Source: Phoronis australis (Eukaryota; Animalia; Phoronida). From it: a stretch of DNA of 38,873 bases. A program made the translations under genes and the position numbers. Location of the stretch: positions 495,172-534,044 of the forward strand of contig NMRA01000173.1 of NCBI GenBank assembly GCA_002633005.1, read 5' to 3'. Positions 1 to 11,660 of the stretch are shown one piece after another. The notes beneath the pieces were generated by a model that was given only the letters and a program-made list of their open reading frames with translations, had not been told where the DNA came from and did no database searches. Each line of letters begins with the position of its first letter. The first letter of the stretch is position 1.

Positions 1-1099
1 TCAACAAAATGTACAAATGTGACTTGGTACAAATGATTCAGAAGAAAGTCAACAAAATGTACAAATGTGACTTGGTACAAATGATTCAGAAGAAAGTCAA
101 CAAAATGTACAAATGTGACTTGGTACAAATGATTCAGAAGAAAGTCAACAAAATGTACAAATGTGACTTGGTACAAATGATTCAGAAGAAAGTCAACAAA
201 ATGTACAAATGTGACTTGGTACAAATGATTCAGAAGAAAGTCAACAAAATGTACAAATGTGACTTGGTACAAATGATTCAGAAGAAAGTCAACAAAATGT
301 ACAAATGTGACTTGGTACAAATGATTCAGAAGAAAGTCAACAAAATGTACAAATGTGACTTGGTACAAATGATTCAGAAGAAAGTCAACAAAATGTACAA
401 ATGTGACTTGGTACAAATGATTCAGAAGAAAGTCAACAAAATGTACAAATGTGACTTGGTACAAATGATTCAGAAGAAAGTCAACAAAATGTACAAATGT
501 GACTTGGTACAAATGATTCAGAAGAAAGTCAACAAAATGTACAAATGTGACTTGGTACAAATGATTCAGAAGAAAGTCAACAAAATGTACAAATGTGACT
601 TGGTACAAATGATTCAGAAGAAAGTCAACAAAATGTACAAATGTGACTTGGTACAAATGATTCAGAAGAAAGTCAACAAAATGTACAAATGTGACTTGGT
701 ACAAATGATTCAGAAGAAAGTCAACAAAATGTACAAATGTGACTTGGTACAAATGATTCAGAAGAAAGTCAACAAAATGTACAAATGTGACTTGGTACAA
801 ATGATTCAGAAGAAAGTCAACAAAATGTACAAATGTGACTTGGTACAAATGATTCAGAAGAAAGTCAACAAAATGTACAAATGTGACTTGGTACAAATGA
901 TTCAGAAGAAAGTCAACAAAATGTACAAATGTGACTTGGTACAAATGATTCAGAAGAAAGTCAACAAAATGTACAAATGTGACTTGGTACAAATGATTCA
1001 GAAGAAAGTCAACAAAATGTACAAATGTGACTTGGTACAAATGATTCAGAAGAAAGTCAACAAAATGTACAAATGTGACTTGGTACAAATGATTCAGAA
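1..1099. repeat. 48-bp tandem satellite, about 23 copies, running off the window start
   Basis: Unit TCAACAAAATGTACAAATGTGACTTGGTACAAATGATTCAGAAGAAAG repeats with no visible variation until about 1100. Confidence 0.98.
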
Positions 1100-2652
1100 T
1101 AAAGTCAAAATATTTATTGAATGGACACTCCCACATCCACATGCAATCAAAAAGAAAAAACGATCAACATTTTCATGATGCTGAAAGTCACATTTAAAAT
1201 CCACCATCCAGTTCATGTTCAACTGGGCTTCTGAAATATAATGATCTCTACCTGTCTGTATAACTCGACTTGTCAAGTTCAAGAGCAAAACTAAGATTAC
1301 TAGTGATGACTAGAACGTACACAGTCTAGCAAAGGCCACACCAGAACATTTTGTGTATAGAAAATAACGAACTGACATGAGGGTTCTCTTACATGAAAAA
1401 TGACATACGACTTAGACAGACATTTGGACACGCAGTCCCACTTCACAATTGGTGAATAAAGGTTAAACCAAGTAATTATGAGCATCACAGTCTAGAAATA
1501 TGCACAAATTATCGTTTGTAAATAACAGTTATCTGTATAATGTCAGAGGCTTAGTACATACGGTCAAGTGTAATTAAATTATTTGTCAGAAGTAGTCCTG
1601 TGGAGTCTAAGACCAAATTTCTGACTTAAGTCTTAGTCACTTCACATGAAACAGAACTAGAACAAATATTGATAACATTATTACACTTAGCACTTTACAG
1701 ATAAATAACAGGAGCCCAACAAGGAATACACAAAAAACAATTTTTTAAAATAACATAACTATTACTGGGACTAATAACATCAGATTGTGCTTAGTTTATG
1801 TAAAATGGCTGAAAGTAACACTACACTCACTAAAATAGAGATTAAAAGACCAACTTGTAATACTGTTCAAATCCATTGGATATCTCTCAACACTAACCGA
1901 CAGGTGGTAAATATGTTGAAAATTAAATAACAGAATATGTATCAACAATGATTTAAATCATCAATTAATGGTAGACTATCATATTACAGTAATACAAGTA
2001 AAAGTAGAATCCAACCGGACCACATAATTTCATCAGATTTAGGCAAAATCCCACTTGCCTGAAGAAGCCAGAGCACAACTACACCAACCACACCAGGGAA
2101 CTTTGTCCCAGTTAAGCGTGTATGGAAATTATTCACATCTGACTTACGAGTTTTATTGTTTTTAAAAAGCTTACCAACACCAAGACAATAAATAGGAGTA
2201 CCAGCTGGTATTACGACAACTTGGCTATGTATATTGTTACAGTTTAAAAGGCATTGCTATGGCCCTGATATTATGCATATTACATATTTATAACCTTCCT
2301 AAAGCAATTAACATGCAAAGTAATCAACAATGAGATGTCAAGTCATTTTATCACATAACAGTACAATGCAATTTAGCAACTGAAATGTTCACCCAAGCTG
2401 ACTTAATGACATCAAAATCACAGTACCTTCAGTGACTTATAGGAGAACAACAGTACATATAAGCAGATTACAAAAATATCATAAACTGATTTCTGGCCTT
2501 TGAATACAGAAAATACTGCCAAATATAACAAGGAGACATGGTTCAGTGAAGAAATCATTTTGTTCTTTTGACTTCAGGAATGAACCATTCTCTGTACTAG
2601 TTCACATCACACTGAATAGTAGGAATAGACATTGTGCGTGTTGAAAAAACAT

Positions 2653-2696
2653 GCACGCTCGCACGCACGCAAGCACACGCACACACACACACACAC
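2653..2696. repeat. (GCAC)/(CA)n microsatellite
   Basis: gcacgcacgc...acacacacacacac read directly. Confidence 0.85.
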
Positions 2697-3556
2697 CCCC
2701 TCCAACAAAGCTGTTCATCTGTCTCTCTCCTATGATAGTATTTATATGCACTTCAGAGTTACTGTACATAATCCAGCCTTTCACCACAAGTCTATCATCA
2801 ACACTATGGCAGCTTCAACCAACAGCCAAATTCTGCAAAATGCAAACAAAGTGTCACAAAGGCACTGATATGTGACAAACATGAATGAAGATGTGTCACA
2901 TTGACATAAATGAAGAACGCATTGTTAGCTTCTAGTGAGGTAGTAAGAGAGATCACGTGACAAAGGTACCACACAGTTTGCAAACTTAATGATTGTATTT
3001 TGATTAGATTTAAATAATAACTATAACGGAGTGTGAAATTGATTTAATAAATATACTTACTTTCAACATTTTTGATATCAAGCTGACGTCAATGAGCATG
3101 CAATTAGTAGATCAAGGATTATAGATACAATGCTAAGAACAAAGTGACCAGTTTACAGAATTAACTGACAAAAAAGTGAAGACATTAGACTGATGGTGAA
3201 GCTACTGCATAGGGTGCTTCTTACAGCAGTGTGTCAACACAAGACTATCCAGACAATTACTTTGGAGTATAAAATTACCAAAAGGAAGTAAAACAATTCA
3301 GAGGGCAGTAGGCCAGGCACACATGACAAGCAGGCGGTGTGAGAGGAGCAGGTCAGTTTATCTCCCATTTAGGTTGGATGCTTCTTTACCTAAAACGACT
3401 AGTCTACATAAGTGATAAAAGAAGCTATCTTAAAATTTTTAACTTGTAATTTCCAAGCCATAACTAACTTCGCAGTACAGAGCTGAGAACATTTGATGAT
3501 ACTTTCTATGATAAGCCACATTGCAAAGTTCAAAGTTCAACTTGTAACGTACCTTT

Positions 3557-3771
3557 TTAAGGATGTGTAGCTTCATAGTAAGTTGGAGGCTGAGACTCAG
3601 GGACCTCTGTTGGTTGCCCTTCACTCTGAGTTGTAGGTGGGCCAGAAATGAGGGGATATGTCGCTGGAGATGTGTTGACCCCATGTGACATTTCAAGGCT
3701 ATGCGACTGATTCTCAGCATTTGCTTTGGCAGCACGGCGGGCAAGATTAGCGGCACAAGTTTCATTTAACA
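3557..3771 (-). CDS. LDLa/TM/PPxY gene, last coding exon (cytoplasmic tail)
   Basis: Acceptor ttgttttag|TG in phase 1 joins the upstream exon as A|TG. Encodes LNETCAAN...ESQPPTYYEATHP* with a PPxY motif; stop TAA. Confidence 0.8.
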
Positions 3772-3843
3772 CTAAAACAAAACATTTGATAGAAACTGAC
3801 TCAAAATCTGAAATACTTGATTTGTTCCAGCACTAAACCATTG

Positions 3844-3957
3844 GAAGGACAAAGGGGTTCTAAGCTTCAACAAAACTATTGACTATTTAACAGGCGTGTG
3901 AAGGACAAAGGGGTTCTAAGCTTCAACAAATCTACTGACTACTTAACAGGCGTGTGA
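3844..3957. repeat. About 56-bp direct duplication, 2 copies
   Basis: GAAGGACAAAGGGGTTCTAAGCTTCAACAAA...TTAACAGGCGTGT occurs twice in tandem. Confidence 0.9.
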
Positions 3958-4207
3958 ATGACGAATAAAACAGAATTCACAATACTTTATTGGACTGTGA
4001 TACACTGACGTTTTGAGAATGGCTGATGCATGATATGCTCTGTTGGATGACTGGCTGTTCCTTGCCACTGGCCAAATGTATGAGTGCAACATCGCTGCTC
4101 ACTCTAGACAAAATATTTCTACTGTGTATTTATTTTCATGATTAAAATATTAAAATTGAGATTTAGAAAGTGACTGAATGGATGGAGAATTCTGCTCCCG
4201 TCAATTT

Positions 4208-4342
4208 CACTACATAACACTACATTACACTACATAACACAACATTACACTACATAACACAACATTACACTACATAACACATTACACTATAATACAGTAC
4301 ATAACACAACATTACACTACATTACACTATATTACACTACAT
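4208..4342. repeat. Degenerate 10-bp minisatellite (ACACTACATW)n
   Basis: Repeated acactacatt / acactacata / acacaacatt units. Confidence 0.9.
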
Positions 4343-4738
4343 CAGACTTAGACCAAAATTAAAACATAGAGATTTCAAAAGAGATATTCAAATCAAATTT
4401 CTTTTTTCATTTTTAACTTGATACTGCCAAAAACCCGAGTTTAATTTAGTAGAATTCAGCTCTTAATATTTATCAGTATAGAGAAGCAATTGTACCTTGC
4501 ACCACAGTGAAGTATATGCCATCATGGCAAAACGTTGATTTCCAAGAAAAACTTTAAAAATAATCCAGAAAAGGTGACTGCCTGTACAGATCATTTTCAT
4601 ACAATTGCAAAAGATCTCTCTACTAGTTGCAGTACTCACTGTCATACTTCAGAACAATTACTTAACAGATAAGGGTGGTTGAAAAAGGAGGCATATTTGA
4701 GACACCTTTCCAACGGTTTTGTTCACTGAAATATATCT

Positions 4739-4739
4739 G

Positions 4740-4771
<32 letters not shown>

Positions 4772-4774
4772 TGC
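4739..4774. repeat. (GT)n(GCGT)n compound microsatellite
   Basis: Read directly. Confidence 0.9.
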
Positions 4775-5178
4775 CTGTGTTTGTGTCCATAGTAGACAAC
4801 AAAACTTCACTAAAACATCAATAACGACACAAAACCACTATTAATACTGTCTTGTACCACACACTCCGTCATAAGCAAAAGTTAAGGCTTATGTTGCCGC
4901 ACAATTTTGTACATAGTATCAATTTGAAACTTTACTTTTCCCATTCACAAGTGAATTTCTCCTGTTCAGACTGATCCAAAAACCACAAAACTTCCATAAC
5001 CATGGACCTGTGAGCAGTAGCCAGGTTAAGTAGTCATTTTTGAGTGTGACCATATTTGGACACTCTGATGGTGATCTCGTATCTCATAGTCTAATTTTAA
5101 CATTAACTGCACAATGTGGCTCCTTGTTTGAATGCACCAAATTTCTTATTCATCAACCAACTTCAGGATTTCACTTAC

Positions 5179-5391
5179 TATCTTGCTCACTCTTCCTCAG
5201 TTGACGGTTCATCCGCGACCTTCTGACCCGGAATACAATATACATCACCAACAACACGATTGCACACAACACTCCAATGCTGGTACCAACAATCTTTGGA
5301 ATGGAGAAGTCTAGCTTGCCATCACCATCAAATGAGTCATGAAGATCGTCATCATCATCATCATCCTTGTCAGCACTCTCGCTGTCACTAT
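5179..5391 (-). CDS. LDLa/TM/PPxY gene, acidic stalk + transmembrane exon
   Basis: Acceptor ttttttatag|AT and donor GAT A|gtaagt, both phase 1. Encodes DSDSESADKDDDDDDD..., the hydrophobic segment IVGTSIGVLCAIVLLVMYIVF, then the basic stop-transfer RVRRSR. Confidence 0.88.
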
Positions 5392-6021
5392 CTATAAAAA
5401 AATTACTATAAGCAAGAGCAAAGTGGAGCGTTGAAATGTGCAACTGGACCGCAAATGAAAAGCTTCTAGGGGTGTTCATAAGTATCATAAAAATGACAAT
5501 CATATGGAGCAATATATGTCGGACGATTCTGAAAATGGGAAAGTGTCGACGTATTCTGGATAGAAAATTTCATGAAAATCTATTAAAGAACTCCGAAGAT
5601 TACAGATGTGAACGTGAAAAGCCAAATCGTCAGTAGGAGGTGTAACAGTTGTCGGGTCTATCCATCTGTTGCCAAGTTCATACGAATATGCTTGTCAAAC
5701 TTCCAAAAGATCTTGCAAGGGCATTTAGGAGATAAAGCCGCAGATGTAAAAAAATGTTACTAGGGGGCACCACAGCATTTGGACCATCTGAAAATCTATG
5801 TCGGTCCTGCCTGTCAACAATTCTCTGAGGGTTTAGCTCATACAGAGGCAGACGACTCAAAGTAATATAATAAAGATTTCCACTAGGTGACGCAGAATAT
5901 GTCGAATCCATCCCCAGATGGACAGTGCCATAAAAATGTCAAGAACACTACAGATACAGAGGTATTCAGAATTGTACAAAAGTTGTGGGCAGCCACTGGC
6001 TCATTTATTGGATAACATGCC

Positions 6022-6132
6022 GTACTTCCACTAAGGAGATACATACGTGGTACTTCTACTAAGGAGATACATACGTGGTACTTCTACTAAGGAGATACAT
6101 ACGTGGTACTTCCACTAAGGAGATACATACGC
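6022..6132. repeat. 28-bp minisatellite, 4 copies
   Basis: Unit GTACTTCYACTAAGGAGATACATACGTG. Confidence 0.93.
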
Positions 6133-6945
6133 GCATGCATATAAAATTGCCACGAGGGGAAATCACAGTACTCAGACTCATCCATAAATCAATGTCCGCC
6201 ATTGCCTTCTCATCATGAACACATATGCTAAGTTATTAAAATGATCCTTTGAGTGGTTTGGCAGATTACAGGTTGGACACCAACAAATGGACTCGAAAAA
6301 ACCCAAAAACAGAGGCAAATATAAATGAACTCAAATTGCCACTAGGGGGCACATCGGTAATCAGATTAGTCTGAAACTCAACACCATCTGTTTTCAGCTC
6401 CATAGGAACACATCTGTCAAATTTCATGAAGCTCATGTTACCTGTTGAGAAGATATAGCTGTAGACATAAAAAAACAACAAAAATTGCTATTAAGAAGCA
6501 CCAAGGTAGTCGACCCCATCCAAAAATCAACATCAGCTGCTGTCTTCTCGTTAAAAACACATCTACCAATTTTCACAATGAACACATGTACCAAATCTCA
6601 TTAAGATCCGGCAAGAAGTTCAGGAGATACAGCAGAAGATGCCAGATGCTCAGAGATGACGGCAATATGCACCAGTTATGTGGGCGCATAATAAAAGGAA
6701 ACCTGCATAGTTATTCTTTTTCGAATGACTTTCGTCATACCATAAATATGTAATAGACAATGCATCAGTCCATGTGTGTCAATGTACCACAAGTTGACCT
6801 ATACTACTTCTAAAATAAAGCAATTTTATGTAAAAAATTGTATTGCTCTGTTGTATCTTTTCATGCTATAAACAGTCCCACTAAATAAGATTGGTCCTAA
6901 CCCAGCTTGTCAAGGTAAACGGTGTGGTTTGGAAAATTGAACTAG

Positions 6946-8541
6946 ACCGTATTTATCCACCTTGGCAGAGTCGTGCTCGCTCACGATCAAAGGGATGCCG
7001 CCAAGCTGCTCTATTCATCGAGTCACGAGCGACGATAATTGGCTTCGCTCATGCGGATATGATCAGCTGATTACAATCTAGCTGGAAGACTGTACGTTTT
7101 ATTGAGAGAGTTTTACGTAGTTTTTACTGTAATTTTTAAAAAGAGGAGCGAAAACAAATATTATTACAACTTTGAAGTTTTCAAATCGGCCCAGGATAAG
7201 AGAGTTTGCAACACAGCAACACTCACGATATACTTTCATTCGGCGCGCACAAATACAAAAATATAGGACCCAAGTTATTTAGATTTTGGAACACATGCAT
7301 TGCAATATTCAAAATACGTTTATTATGAATCTTACAAGCTGTAAAACGACGTTGTTTAATTTCATTCTGCTCATTCATTGTCATCCGACAAATCGGCAAT
7401 TTCCGAGATGTGATCTGCGGCGTGCGCGTATGTGTACAAAACACGTGATTGTTATGTTCTTGAAGTACGAAAATTAAGAAACTTTAGCATGCCGTTATTA
7501 TTGACAGGGACACGATAAAACGAATTTGGATTTTGACTATAGTCTAAAAACAGCGAGCTGGCTGACCACTGCGTCAGTGTCTCCGTTAGACCCAGAAATT
7601 TCACACAGCCCGGGTAGTTCTCGTCCCCAACATGCAGATCGAGCCTTGGACTATTAATAGTAATACTCCACGGTAGAGCTAACGACCGTCGGCTTGTGCA
7701 CACAAAATCTGTGAGTTAACCAGCACTCACCTTGCACGTTGCAGCTGTTTAAGTGAAAAACAATCTAGTAAACGCCATTTTCTTGCATAATCCTCCGCCT
7801 TTTGTCACAAAAAAGTCTGTCGTCAATGACCTGCACACACACGCTTACTCACTCTCATACTCAGACGAACTTCAAAACAAACTTCACGTGACAACAACAT
7901 GTGTGTTCATCCAGAGATTTTTCTCGTGTTGTGTGGTACGATATAGCGCAGATTTGGACTTAATCGCAATTAATCTGGACTCCACATGAACTTTAAAATT
8001 TGTAAAACATAAGGAAGATTTCAGGTAATTTGTTGAGTCGAAACTATATTTTTATTCGAGAGTTAAAGTTTTCCTATTGACAATCGTGATTGAGCGACGC
8101 GATCAGTCGGCAAGTTTTCGCCCTGTGATGAGCACAATTTTTTGAAAAATTATCGTAATTTAACAACGGAAATTGATAGCAATGCACCACAATTTTGTAG
8201 AAAGACTGTCACAGAGCGTAAATTTGATGAATCCTAGCTTCCGATTTTACCCATTTGGGAAACCGGGTTTCATCTGCCGTAGGCTACAATGAGCGTCCCC
8301 TCCCTGTGAAATGAATTTTTCTAAGCGTTTATTAGAGCCAATATACAGCTTTCCACCAAGGCTAGGTGATGCTATTACATTTTTCTTTGTTGCATGAGTA
8401 ACTGGTCTTGGCTAATTATCATTTTATGGCCTGGTCATCCATTCAGCCAAAAGTAGTTCTAGAAGTGGCTTATCAGCCAATTATTCACGCATGCTGACTC
8501 ACAATAGAAGCCTGATAAGAGTGAAGGTGGATAAATGCAGT
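6946..8541. mobile_element. Candidate non-autonomous TIR element or composite repeat
   Basis: ACCGTATTTATCCACCT at 6946 versus the reverse complement of 8525-8541 (ACTGCATTTATCCACCT), 15/17 match. No clear TSD. Confidence 0.4.
7880..8348 (+). mobile_element. Dispersed repeat, same family as 32605-33116 (right arm of a TA-ended TIR element)
   Basis: Colinear shared blocks in both places, e.g. CAACATGTGTGTTC, AGCGCAGATTTGGACTTAATC, CAGTCGGCAAGTTTT, GATAGCAATGCACCAC, TAAATTTGATGAATCCTA, TAGGCTACAAT. Confidence 0.85.
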
Positions 8542-8816
8542 GTTCCTACAGTTTCTTGTGGTAGTGGATGTGTTCACGACATGTACACCCCAGTTTGAAC
8601 TCCAAATGTACCAGAATTCTCCTTCTCAGCAAAATGTGTCATATAATGACATATAATTGTAGTTGCTAGTGTCCACTGACATAAAATGTATTCAAAAGCA
8701 CTTTGACTTCAAATATTGTCCCTAATGAATAAAATGTATACCAAAAAAGGTAATATAGACTTTTCACACAAAGCAAGATTTTGTAAATTTGACACCCACT
8801 TAGCTCCATGTCAAAA

Positions 8817-9196
8817 ATGTAGTGAGAACACAGTCACAGGTATTGATGTAGTGAGAACACAGTCACAGGTATTGATGTAGTGAGAACACAGTCACAGGTA
8901 TTGATGTAGTGAGAACACAGTCACAGGTATTGATGTAGTGAGAACACAGTCACAGGTATTGATGTAGTGANGAGAACACAGTCACAGGTATTGATGCAGT
9001 GAGAACACAGTCACAGGTATTGATGCAGTGAGAACACAGTCACAGGTATTGATGCAGTGAGAACACAGTCACAGGTATTGATGCAGTGAGAACACAGTCA
9101 CAGGTATTGATGCAGTGAGAACACAGTCACAGGTATTGATGCAGTGAGAACACAGTCACAGGTATTGATGTAGTGAGAACACAGTCACAGGTATTG
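8817..9196. repeat. 29-bp minisatellite, about 13 copies, with a single N at 8971
   Basis: Unit ATGYAGTGAGAACACAGTCACAGGTATTG. Confidence 0.96.
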
Positions 9197-9239
9197 CTTA
9201 GAACATTGTTTTCTCCGAAATAGCGAAGCACTGACTAAC

Positions 9240-9377
9240 CTGGACAATCCTTCTCATCTGAGCCATCTGTACAGTCTTCGTGACCATCACATGTGAATGA
9301 GGCGGGGATACATATCTTGAGACGCTCACATTCAAATTGATTGGGTGAACAAACTGACATATCATGAGTGGATGGTC
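9240..9377 (-). CDS. LDLa/TM/PPxY gene, LDL-receptor class A domain exon
   Basis: [36 protein letters not shown] has six Cys and the acidic DxSDE motif. Acceptor ttttcag|GA, donor CCA G|gttagt, symmetric phase 1-1 as is typical of LDLa exons. Confidence 0.93.
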
Positions 9378-9700
9378 CTGAAAATGAGAAAACATCAACG
9401 GAAAAGTTAAGGAAGAAAATGAAGGAGGCAATGGAAAAGAATATACCTGGTTGAAAATTGCCAAGAAAGATGGAGAACTCAATCATTTTATGCTGCTTTA
9501 CTCTTGGAAAAACATGGATACTAGACTCTTCTGAGTTAATGCCCAAGGGGCTTAAACTGGAAAACTTGAAAATCATAGCCAAGTGTGAAAACAACAAATT
9601 TTTAGCTTGAGGTCAATTTAGGTATAATCCCAGGGTGCTCTATTTATGTCGTACTTCGTGTTCAAGAGTGAAATAAAACATCAGTGGAGACTTTGGCTTT

Positions 9701-9771
9701 TGAAAAAAGAACTGTGTTCATGAGAAAAGAACTGTGTTCATGCAAAAAGAACTGTGTTCATGAAAAAAGAA
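9701..9771. repeat. 20-bp minisatellite, about 3.5 copies
   Basis: Unit TGAAAAAAGAACTGTGTTCA. Confidence 0.85.
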
Positions 9772-10248
9772 CACAGCTGACAAAAAAACACCCAGGAGTA
9801 ATGAGGAAGGATGACTCTGGAACTGTGAATGACTGACAAGTCACGCAGACATTTTGGATGTAACAATAACTCTGTTCACTTGCTGGCTTAAACACTAAAT
9901 GTTTTCACAAGAATTTTTGTGCTAATGCTTTGCCAGCAGTTTCAGTTACCCCAAAAACTAAACAGTATTCGTTAGCAGCTTTGTAACAAGACTGGCATCT
10001 TCAAAGGACACACATGCATGGGGGAGCTGACTGTCTGACTGTTCAGGTTACTGCACAGGATGACTGCTTCAATATTAATTCTCACTTTCTCAGTCATGTG
10101 AAAAATGCTGCGAATATGACCCTCTGTTGACATCACGTCTTTCTGCTGAAATGCTAGCATTTTCAGGACTTAAGAATTTGTAGTGTTTTTGCCACTCTTG
10201 TGAATTTAGGTCACTTGAATCTAGGTCACTTGAATCTAGGTCACTTAC

Positions 10249-10287
10249 TATCAGTCGATAATGGAGTGCTACCACTTGTTCTTGGAG
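10249..10287 (-). CDS. Probable 39-nt Ser/Thr-rich exon of the LDLa gene
   Basis: Acceptor gttgcatttcag|CT and donor GAT A|gtaagt, phase 1-1. Encodes xPRTSGSTPLSTD, in frame with the LDLa exon. The upstream signal-peptide exon was not identified. Confidence 0.55.
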
Positions 10288-10626
10288 CTGAAATGCAACA
10301 TAGACAATGATGATAATCCTGCATATCTCAAACCTTAAAGCAGACATCAGCCTGTATTACATCAGAAGGTGAAATTAACGGTTCGTTTTAGAGCATTTGC
10401 CACTTCAACCGTCTGATTTCAACGAGTTCCTCCAGGAAGACAAGTGGTTGTTACTTATTAGTACTTAAGATGATGCTCAATGAGTTGATGCACAACCAAC
10501 ACACAGAGATAATTCAAGCTTCTAAGCCTGGTCATAAACACTAATAAATAATTATTAGAATTCATAACAAACCCAAAATTTACCTTTAAGTTGACTAAGA
10601 AAGAAGTGGGACCAATTTCTGCTGTT

Positions 10627-10830
10627 TCATTTGGATGTTGTATTGAAGTGTGCCAGATTGTTCGAAGCAAAGGTTATAATACTGATAGAGTAATTGCTGT
10701 CTGACAACTTTTTAAAAAATGTTTACGAGTGGTTTGTCAGCTTTCTGGATTTCGGAATTATAGTTGCGACAAACGGTTTGTCAATCATAACCTTGTCACC
10801 TTCACGGAAATCCTTGGCATTGTTTGGTTG
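10627..10830 (-). pseudogene. Probable decayed Gypsy/LTR-retrotransposon integrase C-terminal fragment
   Basis: Manual translation: KDFREGDKVMIDKPFVATIIPKSRKLTNHS*TFFKKLSDSNYSISIITFASNNLAHFN. This resembles the FxxGDxV...KL...(GPY)...KKLSxxNY...VHxN pattern, recalled from memory. Confidence 0.4.
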
Positions 10831-11283
10831 TTAGTATTAGTGTTTTTCAGATGATAAAATGTAAGACGTTTGGATTTCTACTTTGCACTACAGTGATTCG
10901 CTCATGTAATATCAAAAAATCATGTCACTCAGAATTATTAACCAGTCGTTCCAGTTCATGTGAGAAAAAGCAAAATGATATTAAACTTGAAGAAAACAGA
11001 CAGTAATAGTACTTTTGGGATTTCATGTTGAACATTTATATCAAACGAAATATGGTTATGTTCGTGATACCATCATCATGCTATCAACTTACAGTTCTTT
11101 GCAAAATTTTACAAAATGTACATGGTGACGCGACTTAATTCATAACAGATTGATAAAAAGTCTAAACTCATATTCTAAAGGATTTCTTCGTTCAGATATT
11201 CAGACATACATACATATGTATTATATAAATATATAGTACTTTTAACATAGTGGTAAACTCTGCAGTTTTGTAGATATTTGGTT

Positions 11284-11660
11284 TTACAGAATTTATTAAA
11301 TGCATGACACTTTTCATTGTTCACAGTCTTTATTCCGTTACGTTCGTACTTTCGGAACAAAACTCTACTCTAAACTGAACATAGATACACTAACTGACCT
11401 AGCGACATAATTAAAAGACACACGATATTTCGAAACATACTTGTTTCATTCTCAAGTGAAGATAAATGAAACAAGTATGTTTCGAAATATCGTGTGTCTT
11501 TTAATTATGTCGCTAGGTCAGTTACTGTATCTATGTTCAGTTGAAAGTAGAGTTTTGTTCCGAAAGTATGAACGTAATGGAATAAAGACTGTGAACAATG
11601 AAAAGTGTCGTGCATTTAACAAATTCTGTACAGCCGAAAACTTGCTCCCGAAGTTCAGTC
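11284..11660. mobile_element. Foldback insertion: inverted 166-bp arms, probable head-to-head Penelope pLTR fragments, with 12-bp flanking direct repeat
   Basis: 11285-11450 is the near-exact reverse complement of 11465-11630, with a 14-nt spacer. AGATATTTGGTT occurs at 11272-11283 and 11661-11672. A hammerhead motif sits at the apex. Confidence 0.8.
11421..11458 (-). ncRNA. Minimal type I hammerhead ribozyme motif, U3-A8 core variant
   Basis: Minus strand reads CAC-TTGAGAA-T-GAAAC(AAGTAT)GTTTC-GAA-ATAT-C-GTG. This gives stem I CAC/GTG, core UUGANAA, a perfect 5-bp stem II, GAAA, palindromic ATAT and a UC cleavage site. Confidence 0.72.

Noticed and set aside
9-1178. 389-aa ORF of repeated MYKCDLVQMIQKKVNK
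   Set aside because: By-product of a 48-bp satellite lacking stops in one frame. Units are identical at synonymous positions and there is no splice or domain support.
4505-4540. Possible third hammerhead (GCCATCATGGC-AAAACGTTG)
   Set aside because: Has a stem and an ACGT palindrome but no CUGANGA/UUGANAA core or GAAA at the right spacing.
8817-9196. CRISPR-like appearance of 20-40 bp repeats (also 6022, 17630, 20672, 22987, 23195)
   Set aside because: Units are head-to-tail with no unique spacers, there are no cas genes, and the context is eukaryotic introns.
10090-10347. ORF MSALRFEICRIIIIVYVAF... as the signal-peptide exon of the LDLa gene
   Set aside because: In that frame the GTAAGT donor at 10248 is phase 0, but the LDLa exon needs phase 1. 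It would need extra weakly supported exons, whereas a 39-nt phase 1-1 exon fits directly. Not fully excluded.
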